A stretch of 64,000 bases of DNA from Clostridia bacterium (GCA_050951325.1 JBMNIW010000005.1:64001-128000); one strand, 5' to 3'. Numbered from the stretch's first letter, positions 50,754 through 60,555 are shown. Program-made: numbers and translations. Notes: generated by a model not told the origin, from the sequence alone.

Positions 50754-52196
50754 ATGAAAAGATGTGATGTAGCAGTCATTACTAATAATTCAAGTGGTAT
50801 AAATTTGGCCATTAATTTGGACCGAAAAGAGTATCATGTTGCCTTGTATGATGTGGATATAGTAATCGATGGGAAAGTTACTACTGTAAAGGACCAGAAT
50901 ACAAGGCTCATTAGTACTGACATACAGCAGATTTATGACTTGAGTACGCTTCTTTTAATATTGGATGATCCGAAAATTGTGTTTATTATCGGAGACAACA
51001 ATGTGTTTGCGGAGCAAATGCTGTCAGTTTTAAAGGAAAGACTTGATGCAGGAGATATAGTAATTGACTGCTGCAATACATATTACGAGGATACTGCAAA
51101 CAGAACCAGGTCCTTTGAGCAGATGGGGATTCTTTATCTGGGTACTGGCCTTGTTGGCGATACTTTGAAACAACCTTGCCTTATGCCTGGAGGTTCATAC
51201 AGTGCGTATATGGCTTCGATAGACATTCTTCAGGATTTGTCTGACAAGCATTGTACATATATGGGCCCAGACGGCGCCGGCCAGTTTGTAAAAATGGTTC
51301 ATGATGCTATAGAATGGTCCATTTTACAGCTAATATCTGAGCACATTGGTGTTCTTAGAGCAGGACTGGACTTGGAATATGAGGAACTCCATTACCTTCT
51401 GTGTGACTGGAATTCCAAAGAGACTTTAAACAGCTATTTGCTCGATGTTGTTGCTGACATTATTGGAAGATACGACTTCGAATCAAGACGACCTCTTATC
51501 GATATTGCTTCTGATGTGGTTGGTTTTGATCTGTCGTCCAGCTGGATTGGTAAGAGTGCCATGCTTTTGGCGGTACCAATTCCAACACTTACAGAAGCAA
51601 TAAATGTGAGATTCCTTACATACATGAAAGGCGAGAGGCAGGCAATATCAAATTTTCTGCCTTCGTTTTCAATAAAAGTATCTGGAAATGAAAGTCAAAG
51701 CTATATCTCAAGAGCGGAAAGCTCCTTGTACATATGTTTAAGTTTGACATATGTTCAAGGTTTTGATTTGATTGCAAAAGCCTCTGATATGTATGGGTGG
51801 CAAATGAACATTGGAGACGTTGCTCAAGCATTTTCCAATGGTTCGTATATCAAATCAAGAATGCTTAACAGAATAGTGAATCTTTTAAAGAAAAACAGAA
51901 GTTATAAAAATCTTTTAATGGACTCCGATTATTTGCGTGTGTCAACATCTCATTTTCCTTCGTTAAGAAGAATGGTAGCAACTGCTGCTGAAGGAGGGTA
52001 TCCGATGCCATGCACTTTTGCATGTCTTTCATACCTTGACACAGTAGCACAATCAAAACTTCCAACGGGCATTATTCAACTTGCCAGCGACTATATTAAT
52101 GGAAGCGGGTATGAAAGAATCGATAAAGATGGGGTTTTCTATGCGGATTGGCATGACCCCAATTCTGGAACAAGAAGTATAAAATCAAGAACCTGA
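50754..52196 (+). CDS. 6-phosphogluconate dehydrogenase-like protein with degenerate binding motifs
   Basis: GD.VID..N.YYEDT..R, LMPGGS, GPDGAGQFVKMVH, L.SYLL, YERIDKDG.F..W. Confidence 0.85.
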   Translation: MKRCDVAVITNNSSGINLAINLDRKEYHVALYDVDIVIDGKVTTVKDQNTRLISTDIQQIYDLSTLLLILDDPKIVFIIGDNNVFAEQMLSVLKERLDAGDIVIDCCNTYYEDTANRTRSFEQMGILYLGTGLVGDTLKQPCLMPGGSYSAYMASIDILQDLSDKHCTYMGPDGAGQFVKMVHDAIEWSILQLISEHIGVLRAGLDLEYEELHYLLCDWNSKETLNSYLLDVVADIIGRYDFESRRPLIDIASDVVGFDLSSSWIGKSAMLLAVPIPTLTEAINVRFLTYMKGERQAISNFLPSFSIKVSGNESQSYISRAESSLYICLSLTYVQGFDLIAKASDMYGWQMNIGDVAQAFSNGSYIKSRMLNRIVNLLKKNRSYKNLLMDSDYLRVSTSHFPSLRRMVATAAEGGYPMPCTFACLSYLDTVAQSKLPTGIIQLASDYINGSGYERIDKDGVFYADWHDPNSGTRSIKSRT

Positions 52197-52715
52197 CTGT
52201 TCCTGTCTTAGTCTTGATTCTTCTTCCATTGCTTTTTTCTCCTTTATCTTGTTTTCAAAAGCAATATCTTTCTTTATTTGCACATATGCGTTTCCGGTCA
52301 AGGCGGTATGTGCTAGGTAAACTATTCCTCTGAATATTCCTTTGGCAAAGAAGCCGTATAACGAGAGGATTAGTGATATGGGTTCTAGTGGTAGAGACCA
52401 CCAGTTAAATATTGTTCTTAAAAAACCAACTTCAATGCCCATAAGTAGAAAAACAAAAAGTATAACGAAGCTAAAAGCTCCTATGAACTGGTATAGGAAG
52501 ATTCCTTTTAATATTCCCTGTTTTCTTTTGTATCTTAAAACGTAGCAGATGATGATATGAACTATGACATATAAAAATGAAAAAATGTATGCAAAAACAG
52601 GGTTTACTCTTTCAAATGAGAAATTGTCCAAACCAAATATTTTTATAATCAATATATTCAACAGAATCAATACAGATGCTGTTACAAGCATCTGTTTGTT
52701 GTTTCTATCATTCAT
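52185..52715 (-). CDS. Hypothetical membrane protein
   Basis: About four hydrophobic segments; AAGGAG upstream of ATG 52715. Confidence 0.7.
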   Translation of the reverse strand: MNDRNNKQMLVTASVLILLNILIIKIFGLDNFSFERVNPVFAYIFSFLYVIVHIIICYVLRYKRKQGILKGIFLYQFIGAFSFVILFVFLLMGIEVGFLRTIFNWWSLPLEPISLILSLYGFFAKGIFRGIVYLAHTALTGNAYVQIKKDIAFENKIKEKKAMEEESRLRQEQSGS

Positions 52716-52740
52716 TCTACTTAGACTACTCCTTAATAAA

Positions 52741-53412
52741 TCATAATTTGTCGGTTGGCAGTACATACAGTAGAATAGAGAAGAAGTGGCATATGCTGCC
52801 TGCCAATACAAACAAATGCCAGATTGGATGTGCATAAGGTATCTTGATAGCATAAAATAGAATACCCAAAGTATAAAGTACTCCTCCTGCAATAAGCAGT
52901 ATTATTCCACCCATCTTAAGGTTTTCAACAAGGGGTTTCATGGCAAAAATTATTACCCATCCAGATAATATATAGCTTGCCATTGAAAATTTTTTAAACT
53001 TCTCCATATTGATAGAGTTGAAAACAATTCCAAGAATTGCGGTTGCCCATACAATTCCAAAAAGTACCCAGCCGATTGGTCCTCTAAGGGTAACCAAGGT
53101 ATAGGGCGTATAGGTGCCGGCAATAAGGAGGAAAATAGAGCAGTGATCGAATATTCTGAAGACCTTCTTTGCGATTTTATGTGTAAGCGCATGATACAAA
53201 GTGGACATAGTATACATTATCACCATTGTCGCACCATATATCGATGCGCTTACAACACCCATTGCGTCTCCATATAACGCCGCAAATACTATGCTTAAAA
53301 CTAATGCAGCAATACCTAACAATGCTCCAATTCCATGTGTTATACTGCTGAATATCTCTTCTCCCAAGGTGTAAAAATTGTTTATTAGTTTCCTTTTTTT
53401 AGTTTCCTTCAT
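52741..53412 (-). CDS. Hemolysin III / PAQR (TrhA-like) membrane protein
   Basis: EEI.SSITHG, STLYH, DH..IFLLIAGTYTP, H.IWHLFV. Confidence 0.95.
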   Translation of the reverse strand: MKETKKRKLINNFYTLGEEIFSSITHGIGALLGIAALVLSIVFAALYGDAMGVVSASIYGATMVIMYTMSTLYHALTHKIAKKVFRIFDHCSIFLLIAGTYTPYTLVTLRGPIGWVLFGIVWATAILGIVFNSINMEKFKKFSMASYILSGWVIIFAMKPLVENLKMGGIILLIAGGVLYTLGILFYAIKIPYAHPIWHLFVLAGSICHFFSILLYVLPTDKL

Positions 53413-53484
53413 TAGTAAATAACCTCAAATTTAATATTCAAACTCTAGTATATCATTATTGGAGCGTTTTTTCAAGTTTAAACG

Positions 53485-54327
53485 TTATTTCTTCTTTTTC
53501 TTAACCAATATTACAACTACAACAACAGCTGCAACAACTACCGCTGCTGGTATAAGGACATAATGAATAGGGAAGGATTCGTCCTTCTTTTCATCCTGTT
53601 TGGCAGGAGTGCTGGTAGCTGTAGATGTTGGGGCAGAAGTTGTTGCTTTGGTTGGCTCAGGTGTTTTTGTAGGTTCCGGAGTTGGTGTTCTTGTACGATC
53701 CGGTGTGAAGTTTAGTGCTTCTTCTTCCGATGTGAAGAAGGCTATGTATTCAAGGTCAAACTCGGAACCGGTTAGTATTTGTCCGCCTGGGAAGTCAGTA
53801 AACATGCAGTCCAATCTTATACCTCTGATAGTATCTGTCCATAATGATTCTTCAAGCGTAAAAGGATACCTTTTGTCTTGTGACCATTCGGCAGTTGCTA
53901 GGTTTCTATCTTTCATATTGAATACGTATTCTTTGAATTCCTCGTCGTCTTTAGATATTGGCACTAGTGTGTTTGTATCTCCTTTTATACCTGATCCTGC
54001 ATCAAAGTGGAACTGGAAAAACTCAGCGTTGCTGTTGTTTTTAATCTTAAATTTGCACCACTGATAAAGGTCGCCGTCAAAAGGATCAATTAGTAGCATA
54101 AAATATGGATCTCCATTTCCACCTTCATCTGGTCCGTTCAAGGTAACCAGGTGAAGATGGTTATCTTCCCATTCAATCTCCACATTGGTGGCGGTGCCTA
54201 CATAGTAGAAGAAGCTTTCTTCAAAGTAAAAGTCATACACAATTGGTTCGTCCTCCGCATTAACGTATGCGGGTGTCAGGATAAACACAAGAATGATTGC
54301 AAAACAAAGCATTGTTTTGAGTTTCAT
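53485..54327 (-). CDS. Secreted, C-terminally membrane-anchored protein (paralog 3)
   Basis: Signal peptide, domain shared with 27846 and 28729, Pro/Thr linker, TM, KKKKK tail. Confidence 0.9.
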   Translation of the reverse strand: MKLKTMLCFAIILVFILTPAYVNAEDEPIVYDFYFEESFFYYVGTATNVEIEWEDNHLHLVTLNGPDEGGNGDPYFMLLIDPFDGDLYQWCKFKIKNNSNAEFFQFHFDAGSGIKGDTNTLVPISKDDEEFKEYVFNMKDRNLATAEWSQDKRYPFTLEESLWTDTIRGIRLDCMFTDFPGGQILTGSEFDLEYIAFFTSEEEALNFTPDRTRTPTPEPTKTPEPTKATTSAPTSTATSTPAKQDEKKDESFPIHYVLIPAAVVVAAVVVVVILVKKKKK

Positions 54328-54460
54328 ATTCAATTCTCCTTTCCCTTTGTTGAAGAAAGTTTAGCATATGCAATGTGATTGTTCAAGTACTATTGATTAA
54401 TTATGAAAAAAATAGTAATATTGACGTTGGTGAATCTAATAACTTTTGAAGGAGTTTTAC

Positions 54461-55378
54461 ATGAGAAAAATAATTGATTTTGTAAAAGGAATCTTTATTG
54501 GTATTGCCTTGGTCATTCCGGGCTTGTCAGGAAGCATCTTCGCAGTTGTTGTCGGTCTATATGAATCCATATTGAATGCTGTAAACAATATACGTAAAGA
54601 ATTCAAGAAAAGCTTTCTCTTTCTGCTTCCTATAGTTTTAGGAGTGGGAGTCGGTATTCTTGCTTCTACGAAACTTGTTTTATGGGTAACAGAAAACTAC
54701 AAGCAACAATCATATTTTTTCTTTATTGGACTTGTTCTTGGCAGTCTGCCACTTATACTGAGGAAAGTTAAAGGCATAAAGTTCAAGCCACAGTATCTTC
54801 TTATAACTGTTGCTGCTTTTGTTGGGCTTATGCTTATTTCCTTCCTCCTTACGGGTAATGTGGACGAGTCTGCTGCAAAACTTCCTAAGATAGAGAAGAT
54901 TACTGGTGTGGATGATGTTTTAATACTGACGTTTGCTGGCATATTCTCCTGTGCTACGATGTCGATACCAGGTGTCAGTGGTTCTGTTATGCTGATGGTT
55001 GTAGGGCATTACGGTAGCGTTTATAACGCAGTAGGGAATTGTGCTGACTTTTTAAAGGCATTGCTGACAGGCAATATTGATGAAGCAAAGGTTGCTGCAT
55101 CCTCAATTCTTGTTGTGCTTCCATTTATGATTGGAGCAGTTATTGGTATTGCTTTAATTGCAAAAATTCTTGTTTATCTGCTAAAGAAGTATGAAGCGCA
55201 AATGTATTACGGAGTTGGAGGTTTGGTTGCTGGAGCCGTTGTAACTCTGTTGACTGAAGCGATAAAGGACCCTACTTTTACGTTCTCGATTGGTGTAGGA
55301 AAGTTCCTTTTAATCCTGTTAATCGATGCGGTGCTAGTTGTTGTAGGTATTATTTGCACGAAGTATTTGGATAAGTAG
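54461..55378 (+). CDS. DUF368 family membrane protein (undecaprenyl-phosphate translocase family)
   Basis: Two internal repeats, IPGLSGS..A...G.Y and IPGVSGS......G.Y. Confidence 0.9.
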   Translation: MRKIIDFVKGIFIGIALVIPGLSGSIFAVVVGLYESILNAVNNIRKEFKKSFLFLLPIVLGVGVGILASTKLVLWVTENYKQQSYFFFIGLVLGSLPLILRKVKGIKFKPQYLLITVAAFVGLMLISFLLTGNVDESAAKLPKIEKITGVDDVLILTFAGIFSCATMSIPGVSGSVMLMVVGHYGSVYNAVGNCADFLKALLTGNIDEAKVAASSILVVLPFMIGAVIGIALIAKILVYLLKKYEAQMYYGVGGLVAGAVVTLLTEAIKDPTFTFSIGVGKFLLILLIDAVLVVVGIICTKYLDK

Positions 55379-55393
55379 AAAAGAATAATGGGT

Positions 55394-55432
55394 AAAAAAA
55401 CATCCTTATGTCAGACATAAGGATGTTTTTTT
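55394..55432. terminator. Bidirectional terminator
   Basis: A7-CATCCTTATG-TCAGA-CATAAGGATG-T7. Confidence 0.9.
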
Positions 55433-55434
55433 GT

Positions 55435-55510
<76 letters not shown>

Positions 55511-55721
55511 TTGGTTTTGCGAATACAATTATACTATGAGAAAACAGTATTGTCAACAACATAAACTAAATTTTTTACATTCAGACTTGTCCGTAGTAGT
55601 ACATTAATTTTCCCTTATTTAATTCAAAAAATATTTAATTATTGATAGATTGCTAAAGTCTAATAGTTTATGCTTATAAAAAAAGAGCATAAAAAGACAA
55701 TTGCAAAGGAGTGTAAAGATT

Positions 55722-57092
55722 ATGGCTCATGTATTTAAAACAATCGCATATACAAGTTTAGAAGATTTTGTTTATGGCAAGGCGTTAAAGCCTGTAACGT
55801 TGAACAATGGAATGGTTATTGGCGGAGGAGTTTTGTATCCTGAAATAAACTTCACACTACCACCAATGCTGATTACAAAAGAAACAATGCCTGATGTAAT
55901 CAGAAATTACAAAGAGATAACAAAAGGAATATGTGAAAGAGCTAAAGAGTTGTCAGTTCCTGGTTTCGTCGCTGAAATTGAAACACTGCCGCCAATGACG
56001 GAGAATCCGGAATGGGGTATTGAAGTATGCAAGACTGTTGTTGACATTATTAAGGAGTATGATGCAAAAAGCGGGGTTAAAGGAGCGGTAAGAATTACTC
56101 CAAACGATATTCGTGAGGGTAACAAGCTTGAGCATATGTGGCATGGAAGACACTGGGAGAACATATTAAAAACTTTTGAAGGATGTGCAAAAGCGGGAGC
56201 AGACCTCATGGCCATTGAGTCGGTAGGTGGGAAGGAAACCCATGATGAAGCAGTCATGTTTTGCGATATATCAAAGTCCATATTTGCACTGACGGTTCTG
56301 GGTGCAAGGGACATGGCGAAACTCTGGAGTGAAATAGTGAGAATAAGTGATAAGACTGGAGCGATTGCATCTGGTGATACTGCCTGTGGTTTTGCAAATA
56401 CTGCGATGGTATTGGCTGACAAAAACTATATTCCTAAAGTGTTTGCAGCAGCTGTAAGAGTAATATCCGCTGTAAGAAGTCTTGTTGCCTTTGAGGTAGG
56501 GGCAAAAGGTCCCCACAAAGACTGCGGATATGAGGGGGTATATGTAAAAGCAATTACAGGGACCCCGATATCCATGGAAGGGAAAACTGCCGCTTGTGCT
56601 CATCTGTCTCATGTTGGAAATATTGCTGTTTGTGTTGCCGATTTATGGAGCAATGAGTCCATACAGAATATAAAATTGTTTGCAGGCATGGCGCCACTTG
56701 TGTCCTTTGAGCAGCTTGCATACGACTGCAGGTTGATGAACAGGGCGATGGAGACCGGAGACAGCATTTTGTTAAGAGATCTACATGCTGACAGCGACAG
56801 CTACTATGATCCACAAGCATATGTGTTAAGACCCGATGTGGTTTTAGATATTTCAACGGAGCTGGTTAAGACTAAAACCCATTATGAAAGAGGAAAGAAG
56901 GCAGCTTTGCTTGCATTTGAGCATATTCGTTCTGCTCATGAAAAAGGTAAGTTGAAACTTGATGACAGGGAGTTGTCCTGGCTTGATAATCTGTCTGAGA
57001 CTGTAAAAACACTTCCAGAGGATGTAGAAGAGTTTATTGACAATGTTATAGATGATTGTGAGAATCTGGAACCAAAAAAATATGATATGTAA
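55722..57092 (+). CDS. mtaB: Methanol:corrinoid methyltransferase MtaB
   Basis: IGGG..YPEINF, IESVGGKE, GDTACGFANTAM, GPHKDCGYE, PISMEGK..ACAH, DLWSNES, DPQAYVL. Confidence 0.92.
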   Translation: MAHVFKTIAYTSLEDFVYGKALKPVTLNNGMVIGGGVLYPEINFTLPPMLITKETMPDVIRNYKEITKGICERAKELSVPGFVAEIETLPPMTENPEWGIEVCKTVVDIIKEYDAKSGVKGAVRITPNDIREGNKLEHMWHGRHWENILKTFEGCAKAGADLMAIESVGGKETHDEAVMFCDISKSIFALTVLGARDMAKLWSEIVRISDKTGAIASGDTACGFANTAMVLADKNYIPKVFAAAVRVISAVRSLVAFEVGAKGPHKDCGYEGVYVKAITGTPISMEGKTAACAHLSHVGNIAVCVADLWSNESIQNIKLFAGMAPLVSFEQLAYDCRLMNRAMETGDSILLRDLHADSDSYYDPQAYVLRPDVVLDISTELVKTKTHYERGKKAALLAFEHIRSAHEKGKLKLDDRELSWLDNLSETVKTLPEDVEEFIDNVIDDCENLEPKKYDM

Positions 57093-57110
57093 TGTAAGGA
57101 GAGTGTGGAA

Positions 57111-57740
57111 ATGAAGATATTGGAAGATATTTCATTGGCAACGCAAAAAGGAAAGGCTAAAGATGTAAAACAACTCGTGACAGAAGCGCTTGAAATTGGA
57201 GTTTCTGCGCAAGAGATTCTTGACAAGGGTCTCTTGGATGGTATGGGCAAGCTGGGCGTTCGATTCAAAAATAATGAAGTGTATGTACCGGAAGTACTTA
57301 TTGCTGCAAGAGCTTTGAATAACGGTACCGAAATATTAAGCTCAAAGTTGATTGAGGAAGGTGTAAAACCTATTGGGAAAGTCGTTATTGCCACTGTTAA
57401 GGGAGACTTGCACGACATTGGAAAAAACCTTGTTAAAATGATGTTGGAAGGTGCAGGTTTCGAAGTTATTGACCTGGGAACGGATGTAAGTGATGAAGAG
57501 ATAGTTAAAGTTGTACAGCAAGAAAAACCCCAAATACTTGCTCTGTCAGCACTTCTTACAACGACCATGACAAACCAGAAAGTCGTTATTGAGACACTAA
57601 AGGAAGCAAATCTGCGCGACAAGGTGAAAGTCATGGTTGGTGGCGCTCCTGTAACACAGACCTTTGCGGACGAGATAGGCGCTGATGGTTATGCAGAAGA
57701 TGCCGCAACTGCTGCGGAAGTAGCTAGAATGTTGATATAA
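57111..57740 (+). CDS. mtaC: Corrinoid protein (MtaC-like)
   Basis: Cap domain, GDLHDIGKNLV (DxHxxG), SALLTTT, GGAP, GADGY. Confidence 0.9.
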   Translation: MKILEDISLATQKGKAKDVKQLVTEALEIGVSAQEILDKGLLDGMGKLGVRFKNNEVYVPEVLIAARALNNGTEILSSKLIEEGVKPIGKVVIATVKGDLHDIGKNLVKMMLEGAGFEVIDLGTDVSDEEIVKVVQQEKPQILALSALLTTTMTNQKVVIETLKEANLRDKVKVMVGGAPVTQTFADEIGADGYAEDAATAAEVARMLI

Positions 57741-57762
57741 AAGCGGCGAAGGCCGCTTTTTT
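57739..57762. terminator. Bidirectional terminator
   Basis: AAAAGCGGC-GAAG-GCCGCTTTTTT. Confidence 0.85.
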
Positions 57763-57763
57763 A

Positions 57764-58186
57764 TCAATCACAAAACATATTAAACAATTGACCTTCAATA
57801 TCTAGTATGTCTTCTAAAGAAATTATTGTATTATCTGACATTATGATTGTTCTTTTGTACTCGTCAATTTTCCTTACATAGCCTCTTATGCTTACATATT
57901 TACCACCTGTTTTCTTTTCATCAGGTTTGAAATACGTTATTATCAATTCAGGATGATCGTTTATCCACTCTGCAATCATTATGATTTTTTGATTTATTAC
58001 TTCCTTCATGTAGTCGTCAAGTTCTATTTTTTTGTCTGTAAGTCTTGCGGTTTCCATTATAGCAGAGTCGTGACCTGTAAGAGCTGCAAAGGGTGAGAAC
58101 TGAAAGGCTCTTTCCTGCCTGGACATTTTTGGTCTTTTTGATGGAGGACGAGATAGATTTATTATGTCATCGTAATTCTTACTCAT
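57764..58186 (-). CDS. YolD-like protein
   Basis: YDDIINL, MSRQERAFQFSPFAALTG, ITYF.PD..K.GG.Y; 4-nt overlap with the polymerase gene. Confidence 0.9.
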   Translation of the reverse strand: MSKNYDDIINLSRPPSKRPKMSRQERAFQFSPFAALTGHDSAIMETARLTDKKIELDDYMKEVINQKIIMIAEWINDHPELIITYFKPDEKKTGGKYVSIRGYVRKIDEYKRTIIMSDNTIISLEDILDIEGQLFNMFCD

Positions 58187-59703
58187 GCCTTATGCCCTCC
58201 TATTTGCTTGTTTCTGTCCATAGCAGTTGCTCCTTCTTCCAAGTTCATTCCTTTTACAACAGCGTTTTTTCCGTACTTCTTTTTTATTCCCAATATGGCT
58301 TGTTGTATCTTTTTTTCTTTTTCCTCTTGCTTCTCCACATTTATTCCATCTTGCAAAGAGTTATAAAATGCTAGAAGATCCAGCTGCTCACAAACCTTTT
58401 CTTCCTGGTTTGTCTTTTCGTCAACAACACGATTGAATGTTATTGTAATTCTCCTTACAAGCAAGTTTTTGTCTACAATTCTATCAAAAAGTTCAGTTGC
58501 CGCTTCTGTAATCATTTTGGTGGAGGAGGTTTGTTTTGGCAGGTTTATTGTGCCTCTTGCGGACTTTGGAACGGTTCTGCCATAGCTGTCAGTGGTAATT
58601 GGCCCTTTATATGTTTTTCTTATCTCTGCATTTGTCAGGTTTTCGATATCATATCCTACTGTCATGACAATCTGGCTGGTTAATAGTCTTTTGTCCACCA
58701 AATCAAGAACCAGAAGGTCAGTCATTTCTCTTGCAACGAGTCTTGCCTTATCAAAAGTATACGGCTCTGTCAATACCTGACCGGAACACAGACTGTTTGT
58801 TTCGGGTTTGTACGCTTTGATATCTTCAATTGTACATGGCTCATAGCCCCAGGCATGATCAATTAATAGTTCAGCATTAACTCCAAACAGTTTGTAAAGC
58901 AAATCTTCGTTATAATAGTCTGAAGGTTTACCTAATGAGCATCTTGCGATATCTCCCATGGTATACATGCCGTGCTGTTCCAGTTTTTTTGCATATCCTT
59001 TACCTATGCGCCAGAAATCTGTCAATGGTCTGTGGGACCACAACTCCTTTTTGTAGCTTTTTTCATCAAGCTCTGCAATCCTGACACCGTGTTCATCCAC
59101 CGGGGTGCGCTTTGCCTGTATATCCATTGCGATTTTTGCAAGATATAGATTGGTACCTATTCCAGCAGCTGCGGTAATGCCCGTATTTCCAAGTACATCA
59201 AGGAGAATTCTAGTTGCGAATTCACGACCTGTGAGTTTATAGGTGTCCAAGTAATGTGTTGCATCTATAAAGACTTCGTCAATGGAATACACATGAATGT
59301 CTTCGGCTGCAACATGCTTTAGATAAATATTGTATATTCTAGTGCTGTAATCGATATAATGGGCCATTCTGGGAGGTGCAATAATATAATCCAGGGAAAG
59401 GTGAGGAGATAGTTTTAATTCCTTGTCGTCAAAGGAGGACCCTGCAAATCTACCACCTGGTGCTTTGGAGAGACGCTGTTTGTTGATCTCACTTACTTTT
59501 TGCACAACCTCAAAAAGCCTGGGTCTGCCCGGAATTCCATAGGCTTTGAGAGTTGGTGTAACTGCAAGACATATGGTTTTCTCGGTGCGGCTTTCATCCG
59601 CTACAACCAGGTTAGTGGAAAGAGGATCCAGTCCGCGTTCCATACATTCTACAGAAGCGTAAAAGGACTTCAAATCTATCGCAATATATGTTCTGTTTTC
59701 CAA
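58183..59703 (-). CDS. Y-family (UmuC/UvrX-like) DNA polymerase
   Basis: IDLKSFYASVEC, PPRM..Y, YSIDE, GIGTN..LAK, DFWRIG, C-terminal IGGHKA. Confidence 0.93.
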   Translation of the reverse strand: MENRTYIAIDLKSFYASVECMERGLDPLSTNLVVADESRTEKTICLAVTPTLKAYGIPGRPRLFEVVQKVSEINKQRLSKAPGGRFAGSSFDDKELKLSPHLSLDYIIAPPRMAHYIDYSTRIYNIYLKHVAAEDIHVYSIDEVFIDATHYLDTYKLTGREFATRILLDVLGNTGITAAAGIGTNLYLAKIAMDIQAKRTPVDEHGVRIAELDEKSYKKELWSHRPLTDFWRIGKGYAKKLEQHGMYTMGDIARCSLGKPSDYYNEDLLYKLFGVNAELLIDHAWGYEPCTIEDIKAYKPETNSLCSGQVLTEPYTFDKARLVAREMTDLLVLDLVDKRLLTSQIVMTVGYDIENLTNAEIRKTYKGPITTDSYGRTVPKSARGTINLPKQTSSTKMITEAATELFDRIVDKNLLVRRITITFNRVVDEKTNQEEKVCEQLDLLAFYNSLQDGINVEKQEEKEKKIQQAILGIKKKYGKNAVVKGMNLEEGATAMDRNKQIGGHKA

Positions 59704-59731
59704 AGTTGTTATGTCTCCTCCTTCAAAATAA

Positions 59732-60070
59732 TTATATACTTATCACATAGTATCCATCCTGGATGTACCTCTTCATTCCTGCATGCCCGTTCATATCGTC
59801 TAGTAGATTAAGTCCTGATTCAAGATTTTTCTCGTAAACGCCCAATACCTTTGAGCATGCAAGGCAAACGCCTGCAATTAATCCTTGTTCTTTCGCCCGC
59901 ATGTATAGTGGGTTTTTCTCGAATTCAAATACTGAAACAAGTTTTACAGATGCACCTTCAAGTATGATCTTTACTTCAAAAGAACTTCCAGCCAAATCCA
60001 ATGCATTAAGCAGGATATGCTGAAAACACATCTTTTCGCCTGTCATTCCATAGAACATTATTTTCTTCAT
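59732..60070 (-). CDS. DsrE/DsrF-like small protein
   Basis: MCFQHILLNALDL, IILEGASV, GVCLACS, GHAG. Confidence 0.75.
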   Translation of the reverse strand: MKKIMFYGMTGEKMCFQHILLNALDLAGSSFEVKIILEGASVKLVSVFEFEKNPLYMRAKEQGLIAGVCLACSKVLGVYEKNLESGLNLLDDMNGHAGMKRYIQDGYYVISI

Positions 60071-60205
60071 TTCATGCTCCTCCTTTTATGTATATATGTA
60101 GATTATATCATAAAAGCAGGGTATACGATATCAGAATCACATATGACCTGCAATTTAAATGGTCTTTACATTCGTTTTCTTTTGTGCTAGAATTTATAAT
60201 TGTTT

Positions 60206-60282
60206 CGGGGTGTAGCTCAGTTTGGTGGAGCGCTTGCTTCGGGAGCAAGAGGCCGCAAGTTCGAATCTTGTCACTCCGACCA
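60206..60282 (+). tRNA. tRNA-Pro(CGG)
   Basis: CTTGC-TT-CGG-GA-GCAAG anticodon arm, GTTCGAATC, encoded CCA. Confidence 0.96.
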
Positions 60283-60355
60283 TTAAATGTAATTCCCTTC
60301 CAATTTTACAGGGCTTTACAACCAATTTCATTTATGCTATAATACATGTCGGCGT

Positions 60356-60433
60356 CGGGGTGTAGCTCAGCTTGGCTAGAGTGCTTGCTTGGGGTGCAAG
60401 AGGTCGCAAGTTCAAATCTTGTCACTCCGACCA
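60356..60433 (+). tRNA. tRNA-Pro(GGG)
   Basis: CTTGC-TT-GGG-GT-GCAAG anticodon arm, GTTCAAATC, encoded CCA. Confidence 0.96.
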
Positions 60434-60434
60434 T

Positions 60435-60467
60435 AAAGACTGTCAATACAAACGACAGTCTTTTTTT
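60435..60467 (+). terminator. Terminator after the tRNA-Pro pair
   Basis: AAAGACTGTC...GACAGTCTTTTTTT. Confidence 0.85.
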
Positions 60468-60555
60468 ATATGCTTTGAAAATGGTATAAATTAACTGTTG
60501 TTATTGAAAATATGTTGTTTTAAGTGTATAATAAATAAAAAAAGGTGTTGGATTT

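Noticed and set aside
59682-59693. LexA box near the start of the Y-family polymerase (GAACATATATTG on the minus strand)
   Set aside because: Two mismatches to GAAC-N4-GTTC and located inside the coding sequence
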